A stretch of 63,194 nt of DNA, filler included, from Chiloscyllium plagiosum (lineage: Eukaryota): NCBI RefSeq assembly GCF_004010195.1. It is 5 parts of 5 records of this genome, joined end to end, with 100 filler letters (N's around TTAATTAATTAA, not from the genome) between each part and the next. Parts side by side here need not be neighbours in the genome. Positions count along the whole stretch, not along the records: positions 48,703 to 63,194 come from NW_025208371.1; 4 more parts are not named here. One strand, 5' to 3'. Shown one piece after another: positions 48,603-59,890 of the stretch. Each line of letters begins with the position of its first letter. Positions within the stretch are counted from its first letter, which is position 1. The notes beneath the pieces were generated by a model that saw only the letters and a list, made by a program, of their open reading frames with translations, did no database searches and had not been told where the DNA came from. The position numbers were made by a program, and so were the translations under genes.

Positions 48603-48702
48603 NNNNNNNNNNNNNNNNNNNNNNNNNNNNNNNNNNNNNNNNNNNNTTAATTAATTAANNNNNNNNNNNNNNNNNNNNNNNNNNNNNNNNNNNNNNNNNN
48701 NN
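48603..48702. other. Artificial contig-joining spacer
   Basis: 44 N + TTAATTAATTAA + 44 N. Confidence 0.97.
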
Positions 48703-51265
48703 GAGGGTTTCTGACACCTGGATAATTGGGCTTCTTTCTGGGGTAGGTGGGACCTCTACAAACAGGATTCTCTTCACCTGAACCAGAGGGGTACCAATAT
48801 CATGGGTGGGGGGAATTTGCTAATGCTCTTTGGGAGGGTTTAAACGAATTCAGGAGGGGGATGTGAACTCAAATTGTAGTTCGAGGTCCAGGAGTTTGAG
48901 TAGTGAGATCTGAACTAAGGTTTGAAGAGGGCATCAGCAAGCAAGAAGTTGGTTTGAAGTGTGACTACTTCAATCCTAGGATCATGCGGAATAAGGTGGG
49001 TGACCTTGCAGCATGGGTTGGTACCTGGGATTTCGATGTTGTGGCCATTTCGGAGACATGGATAGAGCAGGGACAGGAATGGTTGTTGCAGGTTCCAGGA
49101 TTTTGATGTTTCAGTAAGAACAGTGAAGATGGTCAAGAGGGGCAAGTGTGGCATTGTTAGTCCAGGACAGTATTGCGGGAGCAGAAAGGACATTTGAAGA
49201 CCCGTCTACTGAGGTAGTACTGAGGAGTGGTTACACTGTTGGAAGTTTTCTATAGGCCTCTGAATAGTTCCAGAGATGTAGAGGAAAGGATGATGTTTCT
49301 CAATAGGAGCGAGTGTGACAGGGTAGTTGTTATGGAGACGTTTAACTTTCCAAATATTGGCTTGGAATATGACAGTTCAAGCACTTTAAATGGGTCATTT
49401 TGTGTCCAATGTGTGCAAGAGGGCTTCCTGACACATTATGTTGACAGGGCAACAAGGGGCGCGGCCACATTAGATTTGGTACTGGGTAATGAACCCAGCC
49501 AGATGATAGTGACCACAATTCAGTTATGTTTACTTTAGTGATGGAAAGGGATAGGTACACACCGAAGGGCAAAAGTTATAGGTGGGGGAAGGGCAATTAC
49601 AATGCAATTAGGCAAGACTTTGGATGCAAAAGATCGGGAAGAAAACTGCAGGAGTTTGGCACAATTGAAATATTCAAGGAACAGCTACTGCGGGTCCTTG
49701 GTAAGTATGTACCTGCCAGGCAGGGAGGAACTTGTTGAACGCAGGAGCCGTGGTTTACAAAGAAAGTTGAATCTCTTGGCAAGAAGAAGAAGAAGGCTTA
49801 TGTTAGGATGAGACATGAAGGCTCAGTTCGGGCACTTGAGAATTACAAGTTAGCCAGGAAAGACCTACAGAAAGCATCAAGAAAAGCCAGGAGGGGACAT
49901 GAGAAGTCATTGGCAAATAGGATCCCGGAAAACCCTAAAGTTTTCAATCAGTATATCAGGAATAAAAGAACGACACTCCAGTAAGATCAGGGCCAATCAA
50001 GGACAGTAATGGGAAGTTGCGTGTGGAGTCAGAAGAGATAGGGAAAGTGCTAACTGAATATTTTTCCTCAGTATTCACACAAGAAAAAGACCATGTTGTC
50101 GAGGAGAATACTGAGATAAAGGCTACTAGACTCGATGGGATTGAGGTTCACAAGGAGGAGGGGTTGTAATTCTGGAAAGTGTAAAACTCTGTAAGCTTCC
50201 CGGGTGAGATAGGATTTATCGTAGGATTCTCTGGGAAGCCAGGGAGGAGGTTGCCGAGCCTTTGGCTTTGATCTTTATGTCATCATTGTCTACAGGAATA
50301 GTGCCAGGAGACTGGAGAATAGCAAATGTTGTCCCCTTGTTCTCGAAGGGGAACAGAGACAACCCTGGTAATTATAGACCAGTGAGCCTTACTTCGGTTG
50401 TGGGTAAAGTGTTGGGAAGTGTTATAAGAGATAGTTATCTAGAAAGGAATCAGTTGATTGGGGATATTCAACACGGTTTTGTGAAGGGTAGTTCGTGTCT
50501 CACAAACCTTATTGAGTTCTTTGAGAAAGTGACCAAACAGGTGGATGAAGATAAAGTGGTTGATGTGGTGTATATGGATTTCAGTAAGGTGTTTGATACG
50601 GTTCCCCACAGTATGTTATTGCACAAATCTGGTGGCATAGAATTGAGGGTGATTTAGCAATTTGGAACAGAAATTGGCCAGCTCAAGAAGACAGAGGGTG
50701 GTGGTTGATGGGAAACGTTCATCCTAGAGTTCAGTTACTAGTGGTAAACAGCAAGGATCTGTTTTGGGTCCACTACTGTTTGTCATTTTAATAAATGACC
50801 TGGATGAGGGCGTAGAAGGATGGGTTAGTAAATATGTGGATTACGATCATCGGTAGAGTTGTGGATAGTGCAGAAGGATGTTGCAGGTTACAGAGGGACA
50901 TAGATAAGATGCAGGGCTGGGCTGAGAGGTGGCAAATGGAGTTTAATGCGGAAATGTGTGAGGTGATTCACTTTGGAAGGAGCAGCAGGAATGTAGAGTA
51001 CTGGGCAAATGGAAGGATTCTTGGTAATATAGACGAGCAGCCAGATCTCGGTATCCATGTGCATAGACCCCTGAAAGTTGCCACCCAGGTTGGATAAGGT
51101 TGTTTAGAAGGCATATGGTGTGCTAGCTTTTATTAGTAGTGGGATTGAGTTTTGGAACCGTGAAGTCATGCTGCAGCTGTACAAAACTCTGGTGTGGCTG
51201 CAGTTGGAGGATTGTGTACAGTTCTGGTCACTGCATTATAGGAAGGATGTGGAAACTTTGGAAAG
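48703..51265 (+). mobile_element. CR1 LINE (ORF1 end, endonuclease, RT), degraded
   Basis: DVVAISETW, FYRPLNS, NYRPVSLTSVVGK, SCLTNLIEFFE, VYMDFSKVFD, WQMEFNAEMCEVIHFG. Confidence 0.93.
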
Positions 51266-51616
51266 GTCACGGACAGTCACAAACTATATCCCCCAGAATG
51301 CAGCCTGTGAACGAAACACATGACCACATGGAACGGGCCTGTCATTCCCAGACAGTGGGAATGTGAGCGCCGGAATTCTGACCTGGATCGGAGAACCCGT
51401 CCTTACCTGCTCCAGGTTGAGGTGCGAGGCAGCCACTAGAGAAAGGGGCAGTACTGCCTGAGTCTGGGCCCCTCTGACAGCACAGGCCCTGGGATTAGCA
51501 CCGTGTGTAACCCCCCTCCCCCTGGGCCTGATCCAGGATCCCCATTCACCTTTGATCAGATTGTTCCTCTGGTAAAATTAATGATTAATTATCTATGATT
51601 GTTTGATCACCAACAG

Positions 51617-51892
51617 GAATTCACATTATTCAACAGATAACTACTGTTGAGGTCAGTGATGATGGCAGCATTAAGAGATCGATGAGATTTGGATTTGATG
51701 GAAAGGACTTTATCAGTTTAGACCCAGACAGAATGAGATGGATCGCATCCAATCCCATTGCAGCGATGACTAAAGAGAAATGGGATTCTGATTATTCCTG
51801 GAACAATTACTGGAAAAGACACCTGGAAGAAGAATGTGTTGAATATTTAAAGAGATATCTGGAAGTTGGAAAGGAATATTTCAGAAGAAAAG
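51617..51892 (+). CDS. MHC class I alpha-2 domain exon (divergent, probably nonclassical)
   Basis: Acceptor caacag|, GIHIIQQITTVEVSDDGS..FGFDGKDFISLD..W..AAMTKEKWD..HLEEECVEYLKRYLEVGKEYFRRK, donor G|GTATGT; 276 nt, phase 1-1. Confidence 0.93.
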
Positions 51893-52009
51893 GTATGTGT
51901 TTCAGTTTTGATCCCATGTTCTGATCTAACCTCACTGATCTATGAAACCGTTCTCCCATTCCATTCAGTATCTGTCTGTTGTTTGTGATTTCACCCTTTC
52001 CCATCACAG

Positions 52010-52290
52010 TTCAGCCTGAAGTGTTCATCGCCAGGAGGGAGCCTAATGGTCAGGACAAGCCGCTCACTCTCTCTCCTGCCTGGTCACTGGGTTTGATCCT
52101 GTAGACATCGAGGTGACCTGGCTAAGGAATGGAGAGGTCATGTCTGAGACCCAATCCTCAGGGGTTCGACCGAACCACGATGGGACCCATCAGATCCAGA
52201 AAGAGATTGAGGTCAATGCTGGGGATGAGGATCAATACTCCTGTCACATTGAACACAGCAGTCTGGCAGAGGCCCAACTCTATCAGTGGG
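52010..52290 (+). pseudogene. MHC class I alpha-3 exon with a +2 frameshift
   Basis: VQPEVFIARREP..PLTL[extra CT]SCLVTGFDPVDIEVTWLRNG..RPNHDGTHQI..YSCHIEHSSL..YQW; 281 nt; the shifted frame stops at 52102-52104. Confidence 0.9.
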
Positions 52291-52497
52291 GTAAGGGACT
52301 GGAATGTGTGTGTGTGTGTGCGTAATTGATGAAGGAACAGGCATTTGGAGAGTGAATTTGGGCGAGGTCAATACAATGTGTCAACTAATCCCATCAGTTC
52401 CCAATGGGTGGGATCTGTTACAATTGTCCCAATTAATACAGAACTGGGACTGGAAATGGGAACAGAGGCAATGCTGATTAATTACATTGTGTTTCAG

Positions 52498-52605
52498 AAA
52501 TCCGACAAAACAGTGTGGAACGTATCCATCATGTACTTTTGATTGGATTAGTCTCTGCAATGGCTGCAATATTTGGAATAATCATCTGGAAAAGGCCGTG
52601 GAGAG
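52498..52605 (+). CDS. MHC class I connecting peptide / transmembrane exon
   Basis: Acceptor tgtttcag|, EIRQNSVERIHHVLLIGLVSAMAAIFGIIIWKRPWR, donor G|GTAAG; 108 nt, phase 1-1. Confidence 0.85.
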
Positions 52606-52864
52606 GTAAGAATCAGAGAGAGGGGAATGTGGAACTGAGGGGACAGAGTGAGTGTGGGGGGATCTCCAGTACTGGGAGTACAGGGCACTGTGGGGAATGG
52701 AACTGATTGAATCCCCACACACACATACGCACTTAAAGACACATCTTGTTCCCTGTCTGATCTTCCTTTGATTGATTGACCCAGGCCAGGTCTAATATCG
52801 ATCAGTAAACCCACCGCACACACTCACATCCTCACTGACTGAATATCGAGTGAATGAGAGAGAT

Positions 52865-53180
52865 TAGCATGTTTTGAGAAGATTTGCGGCTCAGGTTGAG
52901 GTTTTGAATGTAGGTTTGCTCGCTGAGCTGGATGGTTCATTTCCAGAGTTTTATCAGTCATATGTCAGGACACTAGTGAGAGAACGTCATTCTTTTTGTG
53001 GCTAGTTGGTGGTCATGTATCCTGGTGGCTAGTTTTCGGTCTGTTTGTCCAATGTAGTGTTTGTTACAGTCCTTGTGTGGTATTTTGTAAATGACATTAG
53101 TTTTGCTTGTTGTCTGTATCGGGTTTCTCAAGTTTATTAGCTGCTGTTTTAGTGTATTGGTGGGTTTGTGGACCAAATAT
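52865..53180 (-). mobile_element. Penelope-like GIY-YIG fragment
   Basis: NVIYKIPHKDCNKHYIGQTDRKLATRIHDH. Confidence 0.85.
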
Positions 53181-53301
53181 TGAACAACAGAAGCAATCAT
53201 CCCAACACCCACAAACGAAGCTGCATTAGAACATTATTTCAATGAGCCAACACTGCAGCCCAGAAGAACTACACAGAGCAGAGGAAAATCACCCGGACCG
53301 T

Positions 53302-54011
53302 TGTGAGAAACGAAGCTCACTCATATCAATAATTTCAGTCCGAGACAAGATCTGAAGCAGCAGTATCGTTTATTATACGCTTGTAAGCGTGGTGTCTAAA
53401 ATAGACACACAGAGTTTAGCAAGTACATATCTTAAATACAATTCATTTCTCTTTCCCTCCTCCCATTGCTCCTTCCCTGTTTACATCTCCCACTACTCTA
53501 AACCCGGCTGTTTATCTCTGGCCTCATCCAGCCTTGTGCATGACAAAATGTATGTCCTGCTTGGCTGTTTCACCACATCCCTCTGTGGTCTATTGTTACA
53601 TATCCTCGTCCACTGCCATCTGCTTCCTTGCTTGCTAAAGCAATATTTCCTTCCATTCTTTATTCACACTGAGCGTTATGACCGCCTGATTGTGGTCTTT
53701 TTTTGTTTTTGCAGAAACGGCAAACAGATGCTTGTAACTGTTTGGACAGGCCTAGCTAGCTTAACCTACACCTGCTCCCCGCACAGCACCTTATCTATTT
53801 GTCTGTAACATCTACCATTGTTTGCAGGCACATTTCATTCTTGCATGTACATTTTAGCTAATACAAAAACAATTATGTATTTACTTCACACAGTTTTCAT
53901 TCTTGTTAACTCAGCTCTTGGCTGAAACAATTATACACTGGTGTGAGTTCATTTACCTTGCATAAGTAATTTATGATTGCAGAAGTAACACTGCTTTACC
54001 TATATCCCACA
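53302..54011 (-). repeat. ERV 3' LTR (710 bp)
   Basis: TG..CA termini (TGTGGGA..TCTCACA), preceded by PPT AAAGAAAAAGGGGGA (54029-54015); direct repeat of 58393-59055. Confidence 0.93.
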
Positions 54012-54146
54012 ATTTCCCCCTTTTTCTTTAATTACCATTTGTTATCTTCTGCATTTTTCTATCTGTCACTTCCAAATTAACGAGTATCTTTCCCAAAATG
54101 TCATTTATTTTGGAAATCTCCCCGTGGTCACTTATTCCTTCATTGT

Positions 54147-55900
54147 TCACCAGGTAAGCCCTTCTCTCCAATTGCTCTTTAGGGGAATCTGTTTCATTAA
54201 GGCCGTCTCAGTCAGTCTTTGGGGGAGCCCTCGTATACAGGGTATGATACAACAGCCAATGGCTACCAATAGCCAGGCTACTACTATCAGGAAAGTAAGG
54301 ATGGAAACCACCGCCCCCTTCCATTTTCCAAACCAGGATACAAGCCATCCCGTGAGAGATGTGTCTACTCCTGAATTCTCAGCCAGTTCCTCTGCTAAGA
54401 TAGTCAATCCCCTTAAGGCCCGAGTACTTGAATCATCAGGCACAGTACTATTAGGAATAAAGGTATAACAGTTTCCTCCAAACATCACACACACACACCC
54501 TTTTTCCGCTAGAATCATATCAAAGGCCATTCTGTTTTCCCATGCCATCGTACTTGTCGCATCAAGCTGTTCTGATATTCCTTTATCCGCATCTCTTGTA
54601 TAATTTATAAATCACTGTTGATTTATCCAATCTACATTTTTATTAACTGTTACCCACCAAAAGAGAGCTGACTCAAAGCCTGCTGCATCTGGTTACGAGC
54701 CTTGAATTCATCAGGTACCCCCCCCCCCCCCCCCCACCCCCCCAGGGACTCTTATAGAATCAAGATAAATTCTGTCATTGAAATAAGTGTCTAACAGTGA
54801 TCTCTTACTCCTTCCCTTTTTCCCTACTATCTTTTCGTTCTCAAATGCCAGGGTAAATGGAATTGTCAATTGTACAATTGCACATATCCCTCTCCAATCC
54901 GGACGTAGGGTGGGTCTCAATATTTTGCCTCCACAGTACCACCACAGATCCACTCGGGGAACCTTTAGTGCTGAGTAGTTCCCTCCCTTCTCCGTTTCGG
55001 TGACATTCTTAATCTCTGTACATAATTTCAGCTCCCCCAAATCTCTGGACCGATTTGTACCTCATCTACGCACACATGACGTGTGATTTCCAACTGTGGC
55101 TGAAAACGTGGGGGGGGTGCTTTTGAATCTTTCTTCTCCAAGGGAGGGAACGTCAGGGATAGGGCGGTACAATTCCTATCATCCCATGCAGTCTTATCCT
55201 GGTACAGGGCTATCATACATTTCATGCCCTGCCTGTCTCGCTTCCACCCAAGCGGAAATTGAACCACCTGGGCCATTGGCCTACCGGAGGCACATGCATA
55301 GCAATTGCTTTTGTTCAGACTTTTTACAGTATACTTTACCCATTCAACCCAGGCATTTGCATCCCCGTACCCAGTTTCTATTTTGATGGTCTGTATCAAG
55401 TCCTTTACCTCTATAATTTTTACCACTTTATGGTCATCGGGAGGGGTGAAAGGTTGTATCTTATTATCCAGTAGTTCTGCCCATTTTCCCTATCCTACGC
55501 TAATTCTGAAACAACAGCCTGAGAAATCCTTCCCATTTGTTTTCATTTCTATCCCAAATGTTTCATTTAATTGTACCTGACAGGTGCCATGTGGTTTTCT
55601 TTATCGTTAAGTATACTGGGTTACACTCTTTATTGGGACAATCGCGAGCTGGTTGGAAGGGGGTCCGGTGTACTGTGATGAGACCATTATACCAAGTACC
55701 ATCCCCAAGGCCATCCCCATTGGACTTAAGATGTATCTCTGAGCGGCAGTACTGTCTCTGATTATCTACATCCCCACAATTTACTCAGCTGCATGCATCG
55801 GCGTCTATTACTTGCGGATTATCAGAGTCAGGGACCGTTAATAACACATATGAAAATAATGTTTGACAAAATCCCAATTCTAAGAGAGCTAGTAACATAA
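54147..55900 (-). pseudogene. env: Retroviral env, frameshifted
   Basis: Furin site RSKR, VPDEFKARNQ..FWWVTVNKNVDWIN, ISD-like ENRMAFDMILAEKG, degenerate CX6CC, TM anchor GAVVSILTFLIVVAWLLVAIGCCIIPC; a poly-G run interrupts it at about 54718-54744. Confidence 0.9.
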
Positions 55901-56264
55901 CCCTGAAGCACAAAAAGACTTAATATATAATCCCGCACTCGCGTCACCACTGTATAATCAGTTACTCAAAGTCNNNNNNNNNNNNNNNNNNNNNNNNNNN
56001 NNNNNNNNNNNNNNNNNNNNNNNNNNNNNNNNNNNNNNNNNNNNNNNNNNNNNNNNNNNNNNNNNNNNNNNNNNNNNNNNNNNNNNNNNNNNNNNNNNNN
56101 NNNNNNNNNNNNNNNNNNNNNNNNNNNNNNNNNNNNNNNNNNNNNNNNNNNNNNNNNNNNCCAGAGTGTCCAATCCTTTCATAATCTTATACGTCTCAAT
56201 CAGATCCCCTCTCAATCTTCGAAACTCAAGGGTATACTTCCCGCTGCCTTGGGCTTAAAATTTA

Positions 56265-56780
56265 AGGATGACCTTGCTGCTCCCGTATCGACTCGGAAAA
56301 CTACGTCCTCTTTGTAAGGTCCCACCTTTAAATTTATCAAGGGTTCCTGGTGGGTCCCCGGGGGCAGGAACTCCTGACATCCCTATTTTTCATCAAGGTC
56401 ATAAACGGCACTGCCTTTACTTCCTTTTTCGGATCTGGACACTGTCTCTTAAAGTGACCCGTCCTTTCACAGTAATTACATCCCGAGTGTGAGGATTTCC
56501 ACTTCGATCCTTGTTCCTATCCACCAGACCCCTTCACATCTCCTCCCCGATCCCTTCTCCTCCCTTTATGTTCAACATGCTGCCCACCACCATTCCGGTT
56601 TCCTTCTCCTTTTAGTTTTGTCCTTTTCTTTATTACCTCATCAACCGTGGGCTAGCATTATTTTTGCCTTCTGTTTCTGCTTCTCATGTTACGTTGCCAG
56701 ATCAATTGCTGAGCCCATTTAACCAACTGAACAGCTTTAGGGCCACGTCATGGCCATTCCTCATCACCCAATGTTTTATT
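56265..56780 (-). pseudogene. gag: gag C-terminus (NC zinc knuckle) and start of protease
   Basis: CNYCERTGHFKRQC (56480-56439), EKQKQKAKIML, TAG-G gag stop, then EPLINLKVGP. Confidence 0.85.
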
Positions 56781-57739
56781 TAGGCCTTGGAAAAACTTTT
56801 TTAAAGCAATATTGCAATATTTCTTGATCCCTATAGCTTCAAATACCAATTCATCAATTTATGCTTATCTAACTTTAAAGCCTGTTCCTAACTATACATT
56901 TTGGAACCTTACTTGTAAAAATATATTTATATATTATGAATTCATATATTCATTATCTAATATTTAAAATGTAAAATGCACACAGTTCCCAACTTTGAAA
57001 TCCACTATAATTACTCAATTTTAGTCCCTTAATTTAAATCTAAAATTAGTTTTCTTAAGTAGTCCTGACCAGTCATTGCTAAATTACAATGCTATAGGTC
57101 GTGAAATAACTGGAGCTGTCTTAAAAGAATTTGTCTATTCAAGTTAAATGAAAAATTCTAATGCATGAGTAATGGCCGAATCCAAGGTCACAGATATTAA
57201 CCATAGGATTTTTAAAATTACAATCTAATGTTGAACTGAAACTTCAACTGTCCTCCATAAATCACTTTTATGTAAGAATAAAAGAGATTATTTAGAAACT
57301 GATAGTAAGGCAGTCATGACCTGTAAAAAGAACAGGAGTTAACATTTTATTTCATAATCACTGTAAAATCCTTAACCTTAAAAGAAATCATGTTAAATTT
57401 CCATAAAAGAAATCAGATTCGAAACAGTCCTGGAACTCAAGCTCCTGGGAACAAAGCATAAACACTCAATCACCAACAAACAAATGTGCATTCAAACCGA
57501 ATCACAAAGGGTTAAACTTTCTACCAGCTGTATAGCTCTCTCTCGCTCTCTCTCACACACTCACACTCACACACACACACACACACACACACACCGTATC
57601 TCACAGGCATTTTCTGAGCTTCCCACAGCAGCACCTCTAGGTGCTCCTCGCTTCACCTCTCTATCTTTTGAATATCTTTCTGGATGTCTGGCCATGACTT
57701 AGTTACAAAGTGTACCCTCAGTCGCCCTTCAGCCACTAG

Positions 57740-58070
57740 CCCTTCTGACTTGAAGCATAATCTGATCCCTCCTGACTGAAAGGCTGTTTTCCATTGACAT
57801 ATAGATTCAATCATTTACAAAGCCAGCCTTCATCCGACCCGTACTTTGGCCAGAAGACAGTGGGACAAAGAATGGATTCCTTAGTCCGTACAAAGCAACA
57901 ATATTTAATCATCTTTTTCCTATCTTTTGCCCTTGTACAAGTATTATGTTTCCAATTCCACAACATTCTGCCCAGTGGGCCTTCTGGAGGGATGTTGTCA
58001 GGGACCCCGCCTTCATTTCCATTGCCTTTTTCTTTTGTTCTCCCGGAGGCCTTTTCCTTACCCACGGCAC
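57740..58070 (-). pseudogene. gag: gag N-terminal (matrix) remnant
   Basis: IPPEGPLGRMLWNWK..KKMIKYCCFV..FWPKYGSDEGWLC. Confidence 0.8.
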
Positions 58071-58372
58071 AGCCCCTATTGAGTTCCTTCATTAGTCCCT
58101 TATTAAATACTAAAACTCAATCCCGGCCACCAAGGCAATAGTTAAAAGTCAATTTTCTTACCTTGGTCTGTGCACAGAGTTGCCTGGCCCCTTTTCGCCG
58201 TATTTTCTATCGAGCTCCTTTCACTGTCTGATTCAGATGTCTCTCTTGTGGGATTTGTACCAGTTGCCCAAGGGAGCGGACCAAACTGGGACACGAGACC
58301 GCTCCTCAGTCGGGAACAGGATGTGTCTTCCCAGTGTCCAGGGCCAGCCACTCCCCCCGGCAAAAGAGGAAT

Positions 58373-58390
58373 ATCCTGGACCAGCCCCCA
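58373..58390 (-). promoter_or_regulatory. Primer-binding site, tRNA-Pro
   Basis: TGGGGGCTGGTCCAGGAT, 16/18 match to the Pro PBS TGGGGGCTCGTCCGGGAT, 2 nt after the LTR CA. Confidence 0.9.
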
Positions 58391-58392
58391 AT

Positions 58393-59055
58393 TGTGAGAA
58401 ACGAAGCTCACTCACATCAATAATTTCAGTCCGAGACAAGGTCTGAAGCAGCAGTATCGTTTATTATACACTTGCAAGCGTGGTGTCTAAAATAGACACA
58501 CAGAGTTTAGCAAGTACATATCTTAAATACAATTCATTTCTCTTTCCCTCCTCCCATTGCTCCTTCCCTGTTTACATCTCCCACTACTCTAAACCCGGCT
58601 GTTTATCTCTGGCCTCATCCAGCCTTGTGCATAACAAAATGTATGTCCTGCTTGGCTGTTTCACCACATCCCTCTGTGGTCTATTGTTATATATCCTCGT
58701 CCACTGCCATCTGCTTCCTTGCTTGCTAAAGCAATATTTCCTTCCATTCTTTATTCACACTGAGCGTTATGACCGCCTGATTGTGGTCTTTTTTTGTTTT
58801 TGCAGAAATGGCAAACAGAGGCTTGTAACCTTTTGGACAGGCATATCTAGCTTAACCTACACCTGCTCCCCACACAGCACCTTCTCTATTTGTCTGTAAC
58901 ATCTACCATTGTTTGCAGGCACATTTCATTCTTGTATGCACATTTTAGCCAATACAAAAACAATTATGTATTTACTTCATAGTTTTCATTCTTGTTAACT
59001 CAGCTCTTGGCTGAAACGATTATACACTGGTGTGAGTTCATTTACCTTGCATAAG
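58393..59055 (-). repeat. ERV 5' LTR (outer end lost in gap)
   Basis: About 20 differences from the 3' LTR over about 660 bp by hand count. Confidence 0.93.
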
Positions 59056-59579
59056 NNNNNNNNNNNNNNNNNNNNNNNNNNNNNNNNNNNNNNNNNNNNN
59101 NNNNNNNNNNNNNNNNNNNNNNNNNNNNNNNNNNNNNNNNNNNNNNNNNNNNNNNNNNNNNNNNNNNNNNNNNNNNNNNNNNNNNNNNNNNNNNNNNNNN
59201 NNNNNNNNNNNNNNNNNNNNNNNNNNNNNNNNNNNNNNNNNNNNNNNNNNNNNNNNNNNNNNNNNNNNNNNNNNNNNNNNNNNNNNNNNNNNNNNNNNNN
59301 NNNNNNNNNNNNNNNNNNNNNNNNNNNNNNNNNNNNNNNNNNNNNNNNNNNNNNNNNNNNNNNNNNNNNNNNNNNNNNNNNNNTTTCCCAATTTGCTACT
59401 TGCCATTGTTACCCTGACTGCAAAGGAGCAAGAGCTGACCCTGGTGTAAATGGGCCACATTGAGAAGTTTTCTGCAGCCAGGGGGATTCTAGCACAATCT
59501 GAGGAAAACTTCACAATAACCGTTCAGTCACGAGGTCTTTTTCTGATTGGTGCCTTTGCATCGCGTAGACAGAGATTTG

Positions 59580-59890
59580 AATCCTGCATGGAATCAGACC
59601 CCTCAGCCCAACCAGTCCATGCTGAACATCTTCCCAAACTAAACTAGTCCCACCTGCCTGCTCTTCGCCCATATCCCTCAACCTTTTCATTCATGTACTT
59701 AGCTAAATGTCTTTTAAATGTTGTAACTGTACCCGCACCCACCACTTCCTTTGGATGTTCATTCCACACACAAGCCACTTTCTGTGTAAAAAGGCTGCCC
59801 CTCATGTCCTTTTTAAATCTTTCTCCCCTCACCTTAAAAATATACCCCCTAGTGTTGAATTCCTGCACTCTAGGGAAAAGACCATTGTCC
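59580..59890 (-). mobile_element. CR1 LINE 3' end
   Basis: FKVRGERFKKDMRG..WNEHPKEVV..TFKRHL. Confidence 0.85.

Larger units (their letters stand above)
53302..59055 (-). mobile_element. Endogenous retrovirus (gamma-like / class I), LTR - gag remnant - pro stub - env - LTR, no pol seen
   Basis: Paired LTRs, tRNA-Pro PBS, polypurine tract, gag N-terminus, CCHC knuckle and gamma-type env motifs; the 5' LTR runs into a gap. Confidence 0.93.

Noticed and set aside
48703-51616. Leader and alpha-1 exons of the class I gene
   Set aside because: Not found; the region is CR1 plus intron-like sequence. Absence may only reflect the contig edge, so no deletion is claimed.
53389-58899. Two near-identical 139-aa ORFs (53389-53808, 58480-58899) as a duplicated gene
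   Set aside because: They are antisense frames inside the two LTRs with GTG starts; LTR identity explains the similarity.
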